In this document: in pieces, positions 51,634 through 64,000 of the stretch | Layout of the letters: every line of letters begins with the position of its first letter | Numbering within the stretch: position 1 is the first letter of the stretch | Assembly (NCBI GenBank): GCA_964016885.1 | Contig: OZ024764.1 | Coordinates: 26,846,001-26,910,000, forward strand | Origin: Eledone cirrhosa | Taxonomy: Eukaryota | DNA: 64,000 bases | Reading direction: 5' to 3' | Position numbers and translations under genes: made by a program | The notes under the pieces: model-generated | Databases searched by the model: none | Seen by the model: the letters and a program-made list of their open reading frames with translations, nothing else | Told to the model about the DNA's origin: nothing

Positions 51634-52546
51634 TATATATATATATATATATATATACTACTAAAGTGTATGTAAAATTTTAAAATAAATACTTAAATTC
51701 AATTTGTATAATTACACATACAATATGTTTTGTTGTAAAACCCTAAATAATGATTTAAGAAATGATGTCAATCTCTTTGTACAGAGAAAAACAATTTATA
51801 TATATGCATTGTGTGCGCGTGTATACTCCATTTAAGACATTGAAAAACCTAGTACCTCCTTCAAAGAATGCCAAATAGTTTATGCCTAAGGTGTAACACT
51901 AATTAAGTTACCGGTGTAGATATTTCAGTTGAACCCTGCTTCAAACATGCATATTATTATTATATATTTTCAAACACACTTACATACATTATATTTATAC
52001 ACATAGAAATAATAAGTTAAAACTAAAGTATAATGATATAACAACAGTATATAATAGTTTTCTTCACTTTATTGAAATGCAATCGTTTTAAAGAAAAAAC
52101 ATGACAGTATAAGAAATATTTAATATGATAACATAATATTTCAGGTAGGATGGTCGTTTCTCTATGATGGTGGTTTCTCTTTGAACTAATAATTGTTTCT
52201 ATTTTAGGCACAAGGTCAGTAATTAACCAGTACATTACTGGTACTTTATTTTATCGACCCCGTAAGGATGAAAGGCAAAGTTGACCTCGGATCGTAAAGG
52301 GACGTAACTATGCTGGAAAGCATGGCGTCAGACCCTCTACCGATACTGCCAATTCACCATACAGTATAATTATACAAATATGCATATAGATAGCAATATA
52401 TATACACTAATATGTATGTACATATTTACACATATGTACATATATATAGGGAGAGAGAGAGACACATGTATGTATATATATATACACATGCGTGTATGCA
52501 TGTGTGTTTATGTACATTCTTCGGTATATATATCGGTATACACATT

Positions 52547-52830
52547 GGAGACACAGAGAGAGAGAGTTGAAACGAGAGGTGAGAGAGTTGAAACAAGAGA
52601 GGAGATGGTTGAAACACGAGGAGAGAGAGAGAGTTGAAACGAGAGGAGAGAGAGAGAGTTGAAACGAGGAGAGAGTTGAAACAAGAGGGTGACGGGAGAG
52701 AGGAAGAGAGAGAGAGAGAGGAAGAGAGAGAGAGGGGATGAGAGAGAGGAATAGAGATAGAGGGGAAGAGAGAGAGGGGGAGAGAAGGGGATGAAACAAC
52801 AGAGAGAGGGGAGAGAAAGAGAGAGGGGAT

Positions 52831-52869
<39 letters not shown>

Positions 52870-55800
52870 ATTGAAACAAGAGAGAGATGAAACAAGTGAG
52901 GGATTAGAGAGAGATGAAACAAGTGAGGGATTAGAGTGTTGAAACAAGAGAGAGAGAGGAAGAGAGAGTGAGAGCGAGATGAAACGAGAGAGAGAGAGAG
53001 AGCGAGATGAAATGAGAGAGAGAGAGCGAGATGAAATGAGAGAGAGAGAGCGAGATGAAACGAGACAGAGAGAGCGGGATGAAACGTGACAGAGAGAGCA
53101 AGAGCGAGATGAAACGAAACAGAGAGAGCGAGATGAAACGAGAGAGAGAGAGCGAGATGAAATGAGAGAGAGAGAGCGAGATGAAATGAGAGAGATAGAG
53201 GGAGATGAAACGAGAGAGTGATAGCTAGATGAAACGAGAGAGAGAGGAATAGAGAGATGGAACGAGAGAGAGGAAGACAGATATGAAACGAGAGAGAGAG
53301 AGAGCGAGATGAAACGAGAGAGAGGAAGAGAGAGAGCGCGAGATGAAACGAGAGAGAGAGAGCGAGATGAAACGAGAGAGAGAGAGCGAGATGAAACGAG
53401 AGAGAGAGAGCGAGATGAAACGAGAGAGAGGAAGAGAGAGAGCGCGAGATGAAAGTCTGTCATGTAATGTTATGGACATATCTGCCCTTGGGGCTAATAA
53501 TTGTCATGTAATGTTATGGACATATCTACCCTTGGGGCTAATAATTGTCATGTAATGTTATGTACATCTCTGCCCCTGTGGCAAATAATTCTGTCATGTA
53601 ATGTTATGGACATCTCTGTCCCTGTGGCTAATAATTATGTCATGTAATGTTATGGACATCTCTGCCCCTGTGGCTAATAATTCTGTCATGTAATGTTATG
53701 GACATCTCTGTCCCTGTGGCTAATAAATTTGTCATGTAATGTTATGGACATCTCTGCCCCTGTGGCTAATAAATCTGTCATGTAATGTTATGGACATCTC
53801 TGCCCCTGTGGCTAATAATTCTGACATGTAATGTTATGGATATCTCTGCCCCTGTGGTTAATAATTCTGAGAGAGATGAAACAAGTGAGGGATAAGAGAG
53901 AGATGAAACAAGTGAGGGATTAGAGTGTTGAAACAAGAGAGAGAGAGGAAGAGAGAGTGAGAGCGAGATCAAACGAGAGAGAGAGAGCGAGATGAAATGA
54001 GAGAGTGAGAGCGAGATGAAATGAGAGAGAGAGAGCGAGATGAAATGAGAGAGAGAGAGCGAGATGAAACGAGACAGAGAGAGCGAGGTGAAACGAGAGA
54101 GAGAGAGAGCGAAATGAAACGAGACAGATTAGAGCGAGATGAAACGAGAGAGAGAGAGCGAGATGAAATGAGAGAGAGAGAGCGAGATGAAACGAGAGAG
54201 TGAGAGCTAGAGGAAACGATAGAGAGAGGAAATGAGAGAGAGAGGAAACGAGAGAGAGGATACGAGAGAGAGGAAACGAGAGTAGAGAGCGAGATGAAAC
54301 AGGAGAGAGAGAGCGAGATGAAACAGGAGAGAGAGAGCGAGATGAAACGAGAGGGAGAGAGAGATGAAACGAGAGAGCGAGAGAGAGATAGAGGGAGATG
54401 AAACGACAGAGAGAGAGACAGATGAAACAAGTGAGGGATAAGAGAGAGATGAAACAAGTGAGGGATTAGAGTGTTGAAACAAGAGAGAGAGAGGAAGAGA
54501 GAGTGAGAGCGAGATCAAACGAGAGAGAGAGAGCGAGATGAAATGAGAGATTGAGAGTGAGATGAAACGAAAGAGTGAGAGAGAGCGAGATGAAATGAGA
54601 GAGAGAGAGCGAAATGAAATGAGAGAGAGAGAGCGAGATGAAATGAGAGAGAGAGAGCGAGATGAAACGAGACAGAGAGAGCGGGATGAAACGAGACAGA
54701 GAGATCGAGATGAAATGAGAGAGAGAGAGCGAGATGAAATGAGAGAGAGAGAGCGAGATGAAACGAGAGAGTGAGAGCGAGATGGAACGAGTCAGAGAGA
54801 GCGAGATGAAACGAGAGAGTGAGAGCTAGATGAAACGAGAGAGAGAGGAAACGAGAGAGAGAGGAAACTAGAGAGAGGAAACAAGAGAGAGGAAACGAGA
54901 GTAGAGGGCAAGATGAAACAGGAGAGAGAGAGAGCGAGATGAAACCGGAGAGAGAGAGCGAGATGAAACGAGAGGGAGGGAGAGATGAAACGAGAGAGCG
55001 AGAGAGAGATAGAGGGAGATGAAACGAGAGAGTGATAGCTAGATGAAACGAGAGAGAGAGGAATAGAGAGATGGAACGAGAGAGAGGAAGACAGATATGA
55101 AACGAGAGAGAGAGAGAGCGAGATGAAACGAGAGAGAGGAAGAGAGAGAGCGCGAGATGAAACGAGAGAGAGAGAGCGAGATGAAACGAGAGAGAGAGAG
55201 CGAGATGAAACGAGAGAGAGAGAGCGAGATGAAACGAGAGAGAGGAAGAGAGAGAGCGCGAGATGAAAGTCTGTCATGTAATGTTATGGACATATCTGCC
55301 CTTGGGGCTAATAATTGTCATGTAATGTTATGGACATATCTACCCTTGGGGCTAATAATTGTCATGTAATGTTATGTACATCTCTGCTCCTGTGGCAAAT
55401 AATTCTGTCATGTAATGTTATGGACATCTCTGTCCCTGTGGCTAATAATTATGTCATGTAATGTTATGGACATCTCTGCCCCTGTGGCTAATAATTCTGT
55501 CATGTAATGTTATGGACATCTCTGCCCCTGTGGCTAATAAATTTGTCATGTAATGTTATGGACATCTCTGCCCCTGTGGCTAATAAATCTGTCATGTAAT
55601 GTTATGGACATCTCTGCCCCTGTGGCTAATAATTCTGACATGTTATGTTATGGATATCTCTGCCCCTGTGGCTAATAATTCTGAGAGAGATGAAACAAGT
55701 GAGGGATAAGAGAGAGATGAAACAAGTGAGGGATTAGAGTGTTGAAACAAGAGAGAGAGAGGAAGAGAGAGTGAGAGCGAGATCAAACGAGAGAGAGAGA

Positions 55801-58800
55801 GAGAGCGAGATGAAATGAGAGAGAGAGAGCGAGATGAAATGAGAGAGAGAGAGCGAGATGAAACGAGACAGAGAGAGCGGGATGAAACGTGACAGAGAGA
55901 GCAAGAGCGAGATGAAACGAGACAGAGAGAGCGAGATGAAACGAGAGAGAGAGAGCGAGATGAAATGAGAGAGAGAGAGCGAGATGAAATGAGAGAGAGA
56001 GAGCGAGATGAAACGAGAGAGTGAGAGCGAGATGGAACGAGACAGAGAGAGCGAGATGAAACGAGAGTAGGAGAGCTAGATGAAACGAGAGAGAGAGGAA
56101 ACGAGAGATACGAAACGAGAGAGAGGAAACGAGAGTAGAGAGCGAGATGAAACACGAGAGAGAGAGCGAGATGAAACAGGAGAGAGAAAGCGAGATGAAA
56201 CGAGAGGGAGAGAGAGATGAAACGAGAGAGCGAGAGAGAGATAGAGGGAGATGAAACGACAGAGAGAGAGACAGATGAAACGAGGGAGATAGAGATGAAA
56301 CGAGAGAGAGAGATGAAACGAGAGAGAGGAAGAGAGAGATGGAACGAGAGAGAGGAAGAGAGAGATGGAACGAGAGAGAGGAAGACAGAGATGAAACGAG
56401 AGAGAGAGAGAGCAAGATGAAACGAGAGAGAGGAAGAGAGAGATGGAACGAGAGAGAGGAAGAGAGAGATGGAACGAGCGAGAGGAGGACAGAGATGAAA
56501 CGAGACAGAGAGAGATCGAGATGAAACGAGAGAGAGGAAGAGAGAGAGCGCAAGATGAAACGAGAGAGAGAGAGAGAGCGAGATGAATCGAGAGAGAGGT
56601 AGAGAGAGAGCGCGAGATGAAACGAGAGAGAGGAAGAGAGAGAGCGCGAGATGAAGTGAGAGAGAGAGAGCGAGATGAAATGAGAGATTGAGAGTGAGAT
56701 GAAACGAGAGAGTGAGAGAGAGCGAGATGAAATGAGAGAGAGAGAGCGAGATGAAATGAGAGAGAGAGAGCGAGATGAAATGAGAGAGAGAGAGCGAGAT
56801 GAAACGAGACAGAGAGAGCGGGATGAAACGAGACAGAGAGATCGAGATGAAATGAGAGAGAGAGAGCGAGATGAAATGAGAGAGAGAGAGCGAGATGAAA
56901 CGAGAGAGTGAGAGCGAGATGGAACGAGTCAGAGAGAGCGAGATGAAACGAGAGAGTGAGAGCTAGATGAAACGAGAGAGAGAGGAAACGAGAGAGAGAG
57001 GAAACTAGAGAGAGGAAACAAGAGAGAGGAAACGAGAGTAGAGAGCAAGATGAAACAGGAGAGAGAGAGAGCGAGATGAAACCGGAGAGAGAGAGCGAGA
57101 TGAAACGAGAGGGAGGGAGAGATGAAACGAGAGAGCGAGAGAGAGATAGAGGGAGATGAAACGAGAGAGTGATAGCTAGATGAAACGAGAGAGAGAGGAA
57201 TAGAGAGATGGAACGAGAGAGAGGAAGACAGATATGAAACGAGAGAGAGAGAGAGCGAGATGAAACGAGAGAGAGGAAGAGAGAGAGCGCGAGATGAAAC
57301 GAGAGAGAGAGAGCGAGATGAAACGAGAGAGAGAGAGCGAGATGAAACGAGAGAGAGAGAGCGAGATGAAACGAGAGAGAGGAAGAGAGAGAGCGCGAGA
57401 TGAAAGTCTGTCATGTAATGTTATGGACATATCTGCCCTTGGGGCTAATAATTGTCATGTAATGTTATGGACATATCTACCCTTGGGGCTAATAATTGTC
57501 ATGTAATGTTATGTACATCTCTGCCCCTGTGGCAAATAATTCTGTCATGTAATGTTATGGACATCTCTGTCCCTGTGGCTAATAATTATGTCATGTAATG
57601 TTATGGACATCTCTGCCCCTGTGGCTAATAATTCTGTCATGTAATGTTATGGACATCTCTGTCCCTGTGGCTAATAAATTTGTCATGTAATGTTATGGAC
57701 ATCTCTGCCCCTGTGGCTAATAAATCTGTCATGTAATGTTATGGACATCTCTGCCCCTGTGGCTAATAATTCTGACATGTAATGTTATGGATATCTCTGC
57801 CCCTGTGGCTAATAATTCTGAGAGAGATGAAACAAGTGAGGGATAAGAGAGAGATGAAACAAGTGAGGGATTAGAGTGTTGAAACAAGAGAGAGAGAGGA
57901 AGAGAGAGTGAGAGCGAGATCAAACGAGAGAGAGAGAGCGAGATGAAATGAGAGAGTGAGAGCGAGATGAAACGAGAGAGAGAGAGCGAGATGAAATGAG
58001 AGAGAGAGAGCGAGATGAAATGAGAGAGAGAGAGCGAGATGAAACGAGACAGAGAGAGCGAGGTGAAACGAGAGAGAGAGAGAGCGAAATGAAACGAGAC
58101 AGATTAGAGCGAGATGAAACGAGAGAGAGAGAGCGAGATGAAATGAGAGAGAGAGAGCGAGATGAAACAAGAGAGTGAGAGCTAGAGGAAACGATAGAGA
58201 GAGGAAATGAGAGAGAGAGGAAACGAGAGAGAGGATACGAGAGAGAGGAAACGAGAGTAGAGAGCGAGATGAAACAGGAGAGAGAGAGCGAGATGAAACA
58301 GGAGAGAGAGAGCGAGATGAAACGAGAGGGAGAGAGAGATGAAACGAGAGAGCGAGAGAGAGATAGAGGGAGATGAAACGACAGAGAGAGAGACAGATGA
58401 AACAAGTGAGGGATAAGAGAGAGATGAAACAAGTGAGGGATTAGAGTGTTGAAACAAGAGAGAGAGAGGAAGAGAGAGTGAGAGCGAGATCAAACGAGAG
58501 AGAGAGAGCGAGATGAAATGAGAGAGTGAGAGCGAGATGAAACGAGAGAGAGATAGCGAGATGAAATGAGAGAGCGAGAGCGAGATGAAATGAGAGAGAG
58601 AGAGCGAGATGAAACGAGACAGAGAGAGCGAGATGAAACGAAAGAGAGAGAGAGCGAAATGAAACGAGACAGATTAGAGCGAGATGAAACGAGAGAGAGA
58701 GAGCGAGATGAAATGAGAGAGAGCGAGATGAAACGAGAGAGTGAGAGCTAGAGGAAACGAGAGAGAGAGGAAACGAGAGTAGAGAGCGAGATGAAACAGG

Positions 58801-61800
58801 AGAGAGAGAGCGAGATGAAACAGGAGAGAGAGAGCGAGATGAAACAGGAGAGAGAGAGCGAGATGAAACAGGAGAGAGAGAGCGAGATGAAACGAGAGGG
58901 AGAGAGAGATGAAACGAGAGAGCGAGAGAGAGATAGAGGGAGATGAAACGACAGAGAGAGAGACAGATGAAACGAGGGAGATAGAGATGAAACGAGAGAG
59001 AGAGATGAAACGAGAGAGAGGAAGAGAGAGATGGAACGAGAGAGAGGAAGAGAGAGATGGAACGAGAGAGCGGAAGACAGAGATGAAACGAGAGAGAGAG
59101 AGAGCGAGATGAAACGAGAGAGAGGAAGAGAGAGAACGCGAGATGAAACGAGAGAGAGAGAGAGCAAGATGAAACGAGAGAGAGGAAGAGAGAGAGCGCA
59201 AGATGAAACGAGAGAGAGAGAGCGCGAGATGAAAGTCTGTCATGTAATGTTATGGACACATCTGCCCTTGGGGCTAATAATTGTCATGTAATGTTATGGA
59301 AATCTCTGCCCCTGTGGCTAATAATTCTGTCATGTAATGTTATGGACATCTCTGCCCCTGTGGCTAATAATTCTGTCATGTAATGTTATGGACATCTCTG
59401 CCCCTGTGGCTAATAAATCTGTCATGTAATGTTAGGGACATCTCTGCCCCTGTGGCTAATAATTCTGACATGTAATGTTATGGACATCTCTGCCCCTGTG
59501 GCTAATAAATATGACATGTAATGTTATGGACATCTCTGCCCCTGTGGCTAATAAATCTGTCATGTAATGTTATGGACATCTCTGCTCCTGTGGCTAATAA
59601 TTCTGACATGTAATGTTATGGACATCTCTGCCCCTGTGGCTAATAATTCTGAGATAGATGAAACAAGTGAGGGATTAGATAGAGATGAAACAAGTGAGGG
59701 ATTAGAGTGTTGAAACAAGAGAGAGAGAGGAAGAGAGAGTGAAAGCGAAATCAAACGAGAGAGAGCGAGATGAAATGAGAGAGTGAGAGCGAGATGAAAC
59801 GAGAGAGAGAGAGAGAGCGAGATGAAATGAGAGAGAGAGAGCGAGATGAAATGAGAGAGAGAGAGCGAGATGAAACGAGACAGAGAGAGCGGGATGAAAC
59901 GAGACAGAGAGAGCGAGAGCGAGATGAAACGAGACAGAGAGAGCGAGATGAAACGAGAGAGAGAGAGCGAGATGAAATGAGAGAGAGAGAGCGAGATGAA
60001 ATGAGAGAGAGAGAGCGAGATGAAACGAGAGAGTGAGAGCGAGATGGAACGAGACAGAGAGAGCGAGATGAAACGAGAGTGGGAGAGCTAGATGAAACGA
60101 GAGAGAGAGGAAACGAGAGAGACGAAACGAGAGAGAGGAAACGAGAGTAGAGAGCGAGATGAAACAGGAGAGAGAGAGCGAGATGAAACAGGAGAGAGAG
60201 AGCGAGATGAAACGAGAGGGAGAGAGAGATGAAACGAGAGAGCGAGAGAGAGATAGAGGGAGATGAAACGACAGAGAGAGATACAGATGAAACGAGGGGG
60301 ATAGAGATGAAACGAGAGAGAGAGATGAAACGAGAGAGAGGAAGAGAGAGATGGAACGAGAAAGAGGAAGAGAGAGATGGAACGAGAGAGAGGAAGACAG
60401 AGATGAAACGAGAGAGAGAGAGAGCAAGATGAAACGAGAGAGAGAGATGTAACGAGAGAGAGGAAGAGAGAGATGGAACGAGCGAGAGGAAGACAGAGAT
60501 GAAACGAGACAGAGAGAGATCGAGATGAAACGAGAGAGAGGAAGAGAGAGAGCGCAAGATGAAACGAGAGAGAGAGAGAGAGCGAGATGAAACGAGAGAG
60601 AGGAAGAGAGAGAGCGCGAGATGAAACGAGAGAGAGGAAGAGAGAGAGCGCGAGATGAAATGAGAGAGAGAGAGCGAGATGAAATGAGAGATTGAGAGTG
60701 AGATGAAACGAGAGAGTGAGAGAGAGCGAGATGAAATGAGAGAGAGAGAGCGAGATGAAATGAGAGAGAGAGAGCGAGATGAAACGAGACAGAGAGAGCG
60801 GGATGAAACGAGACAGAGAGATCGAGATGAAATGAGAGAGAGAGAGCGAGATGAAATGAGAGAGAGAGAGCGAGATGAAACGAGAGAGTGAGAGCGAGAT
60901 GGAACGAGTCAGAGAGAGCGAGATGAAACGAGAGAGTGAGAGCTAGATGAAACGAGAGAGAGAGGAAACGAGAGAGAGAGGAAACGAGAGAGAGGAAACG
61001 AGAGAGAGGAAACGAGAGTAGAGAGCGAGATGAAACCGGAGAGAGAGAGCGAGATGAAACGAGTGGGAGGGAGAGATGAAACGAGAGAGCGAGAGAGAGA
61101 TAGAGGGAGATGAAACGAGAGAGTGATAGCTAGATGAAACGAGAGAGAGAGGAATAGAGAGATGGAACGAGAGAGAGGAAGACAGATATGAAACGAGAGA
61201 GAGAGAGCGAGATGAAATGAGAGAGAGGAAGAGAGAGAGCGCGAGATGAAACGAGAGAGAGAGCGAGATGAAACGAGAGAGAGAGAGAGCGAGATGAAAC
61301 GAGAGAGAGGAAGAGAGAGAGCGCGAGATGAAAGTCTGTCATGTAATGTTATGTACATCTCTGCCCCTGTGGCAAATAATTCTGTCATGTAATGTTATGG
61401 ACATCTCTGTCCCTGTGGCTAATAATTATGTCATGTAATGTTATGGACATCTCTGCCCCTGTGGCTAATAATTCTGTCATGTAATGTTATGGACATCTCT
61501 GCCCCTGTGGCTAATAAATTCGTCATGTAATGTTATGGACATCTCTGCCCCTGTGGCTAATAAATCTGTCATGTAATGTTATGGACATCTCTGCCCCTGT
61601 GGCTAATAATTCTGACATGTAATGTTATGGATATCTCTGCCCCTGTGGCTAATAATTCTGAGAGAGATGAAACAAGTGAGGGATAAGAGAGAGATGAAAC
61701 AAGTGAGGGATTAGAGTGTTGAAACAAGAGAGAGAGAGGAAGAGAGAGTGAGAGCGAGATCAAACGAGAGAGAGAGAGCGAGATGAAATGAGAGAGTGAG

Positions 61801-63048
61801 AGCGAGATGAAACGAGAGAGAGAGAGCGAGATGAAATGAGAGAGAGAGAGCGAGATGAAATGAGAGAGAGAGAGCGAGATGAAACGAGACAGAGAGAGCG
61901 AGATGAAACGAGAGAGAGAGAGAGCGAAATGAAACGAGACAGATTAGAGCGAGATGAAACGAGAGAGAGAGAGCGAGATGAAATGAGAGAGAGAGAGCGA
62001 GATGAAACGAGAGAGTGAGAGCTAGAGGAAACGAGAGCTAGAGGAAACGAGAGAGAGAGGAAACGAGAGAGAGGATACGAGAGAGAGGAAACGAGAGTAG
62101 AGAGCGAGATGAAACAGGAGAGAGAGAGCGAGATGAAACAGGAGAGAGAGAGCGAGATGAAACGAGAGGGAGAGAGAGATGAAACGAGAGAGCGAGAGAG
62201 AGATAGAGGGAGATGAAACGACAGAGAGAGAGACAGATGAAACGAGGGAGATAGAGATGAAACGAGAGAGAGAGATGAAACGAGAGAGAGGAAGAGAGAG
62301 ATGGAACGAGAGAGAGGAAGAGAGAGATGGAACGAGAGAGAGGAAGACAGAGATGAAACGAGAGAGAGAGAGAGCGAGATGAAACGAGAGAGAGGAAGAG
62401 AGAGAACGCGAGATGAAACGAGAGAGAGAGCAAGATGAAACGAGAGAGAGGAAGAGAGAGCGCAAGATGAAACGAGAGAGAGAGAGCGCGAGATGAAAGT
62501 CTGTCATGTAATGTTATGGACATATCTGCCCTTGGGGCTAATAATTGTCATGTAATGTTATGGAAATCTCTGTCCCTGTGGCTAATAATTCTGTCATGTA
62601 ATGTTATGGACATCTCTGCCCCTGTGGCTAATAATTCTGTCATGTAATGTTATGAACATCTCTGCCCCTGTGGCTAATAAATCTGTCATGTAATGTTATG
62701 GACATCTCTGCCCCTGTGGCTAATAATTCTGACATGTAATGTTATGGACATCTCTGCCCCTGTGGCTAATAAATATGACATGTAATGTTATGGACATCTC
62801 TGCCCCTGTGGCTAATAAATCTGTCATGTAATGTTATGGACATCTCTGCCCCTGGGGCTAATAATTCTGACATGTAATGTTATGGACATCTCTGCCCCTG
62901 TGGCTAATAAATCTGTCATGTAATGTTATGGACATCTCTGCCCCTGTGGCTAATAATTCTGACATGTAATGTTATGGACATCTCTGCCCCTGTGGCTAAT
63001 AATTCTGACATGTAATGTTATGGACATCTCTGCCCCTGTGGCTAATAA
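52547..63048 (+). repeat. Compound satellite array C, forward arm
   Basis: Same module types and 46-mer variant order as array B, rearranged. Confidence 0.95.
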
Positions 63049-63055
63049 TTCTGAT

Positions 63056-64000
63056 TTATTAGCCACAGGGGCAGAGATGTCCATAACATTACATGACAGA
63101 ATTATTAGCCACAGGGGCAGAGATGTCCATAACATTACATGTCAGAATTATTAGCCACAGGGGCAGAGATGTCCATAACATTACATGTCAGAATTATTAG
63201 CCACAGGGGCAGAGATGTCCATAACATTACATGACAGAATTATTAGCCACAGGGGCAGAGATGACCATAACATTACATGACAATTATTAGCCACAGGGTC
63301 AGATATGTCAATAACATTACATGACAGAGTTTCATCTTGCGCGCTCTCTCGTTTCATCTCGCTCTCCCTCTCTCTCGTTTCATCTCTGTCTTCCTCTCTC
63401 TCGTTTCATCTCGCTCTCTCTCTCTCTCGTTTCATCTCTGTCTTCCTCTCTCTCGTTCCATCTCTCACTTCCTCTCTCTCGTTCCATCTCTCTCTTCCTC
63501 TCTCTCGTTTCATCTCGCTCTCCCTCTCTCTCGTTTCATCTCTGTCTCTCTCTCTGTCGTTTCATCTCGCGCTCTCTCTCTCTCTCGTTTCATCTTGCGC
63601 TCTCTCTCTCTCTCGTTTCGTCTTGCTCTCTCTCTCTCTCGTTTCATCTCTGTCTTCCTCTCTCTCGTTCCATCTCTCTCTTCCTCTCTCTCGTTCCATC
63701 TCTCTCATCCTCTCTCTCGTTTCATCTCTATCTCCCTCCTTTCATCTGTCTCTCTCTCTCTCGTTTCATCTTGCGCTCTCTCTCTCTCGTTTCATCTCGC
63801 TCTCTCTCTCGTTTCATCTCTGTCTTCCTCTCTCTCGTTCCATCTCTCTCTTCCTCTCTCTCGTTCCATCTCTCTCTTCCTCTCTCTCGTTTCATCTCTA
63901 TCTCCCTTCTTTCATCTGTCTCGCTCTCTGTAGTTTCATCTCGCGCTCTCTCTCTCTCGTTTCATGTCGCGCTCTCTCTCTCTCGTTTCATCTCGCTCTC
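63056..64000 (-). repeat. Compound satellite array C, inverted arm (runs off the window)
   Basis: Closely matches 39680-40450. Confidence 0.95.

Larger units (their letters stand above)
50687..52547 (+). repeat. Third, 5'-truncated copy of the long form (Helitron fragment, two SINEs, AT-rich linker)
   Basis: Aligns by eye to 20633-22450; ORFs 52023-52235 and 52380-52637 are identical to 21925-22137 and 22282-22539. Confidence 0.95.

Noticed and set aside
22300-64000. Many long ORFs (up to 553 aa) rich in S/L/F/H or R/E
   Set aside because: They arise from stop-poor (CT)n/(GA)n repeats, overlap in several frames and on both strands, and show no domain or splice structure.

Overview
Eukaryotic, AT-rich, repeat-only window with no intact protein-coding gene. 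It is probably molluscan/octopus-like, inferred from a tRNA-derived SINE resembling the abundant octopus SINE. (1) A decayed Helitron Rep-Hel pseudogene (4047-8470) is interrupted by a SINE and by a ~2.5-kb insert ending in a GA-punctuated tract plus a 46-bp minisatellite. (2) A ~2.7-kb composite unit (SINE relic, tRNA-like/IR cassette, hAT end, CRE-like retrotransposon 3' end, Helitron N-terminus) recurs five times. In three copies the Helitron is cut by a perfect 30-bp fold-back hairpin and followed by a nine-unit, 89-bp alternating-inverted-repeat array whose internal orientation differs between copies. (3) 8.5-13.8 kb holds TE debris, minisatellites and a nested inverted repeat. (4) 22.4-64 kb is mostly a compound satellite amplified from the small insert at 5.7-7.3 kb. 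It has ~4.5-kb, ~1.8-kb and ~1.6-kb higher-order repeats and an identical strand-inversion junction present twice (~39676, ~63052), i.e. a duplicated 23-30 kb macro-unit. The window seems to preserve successive stages of satellite birth from rolling-circle-element cargo. All family assignments are by eye and need HMM/Dfam confirmation.
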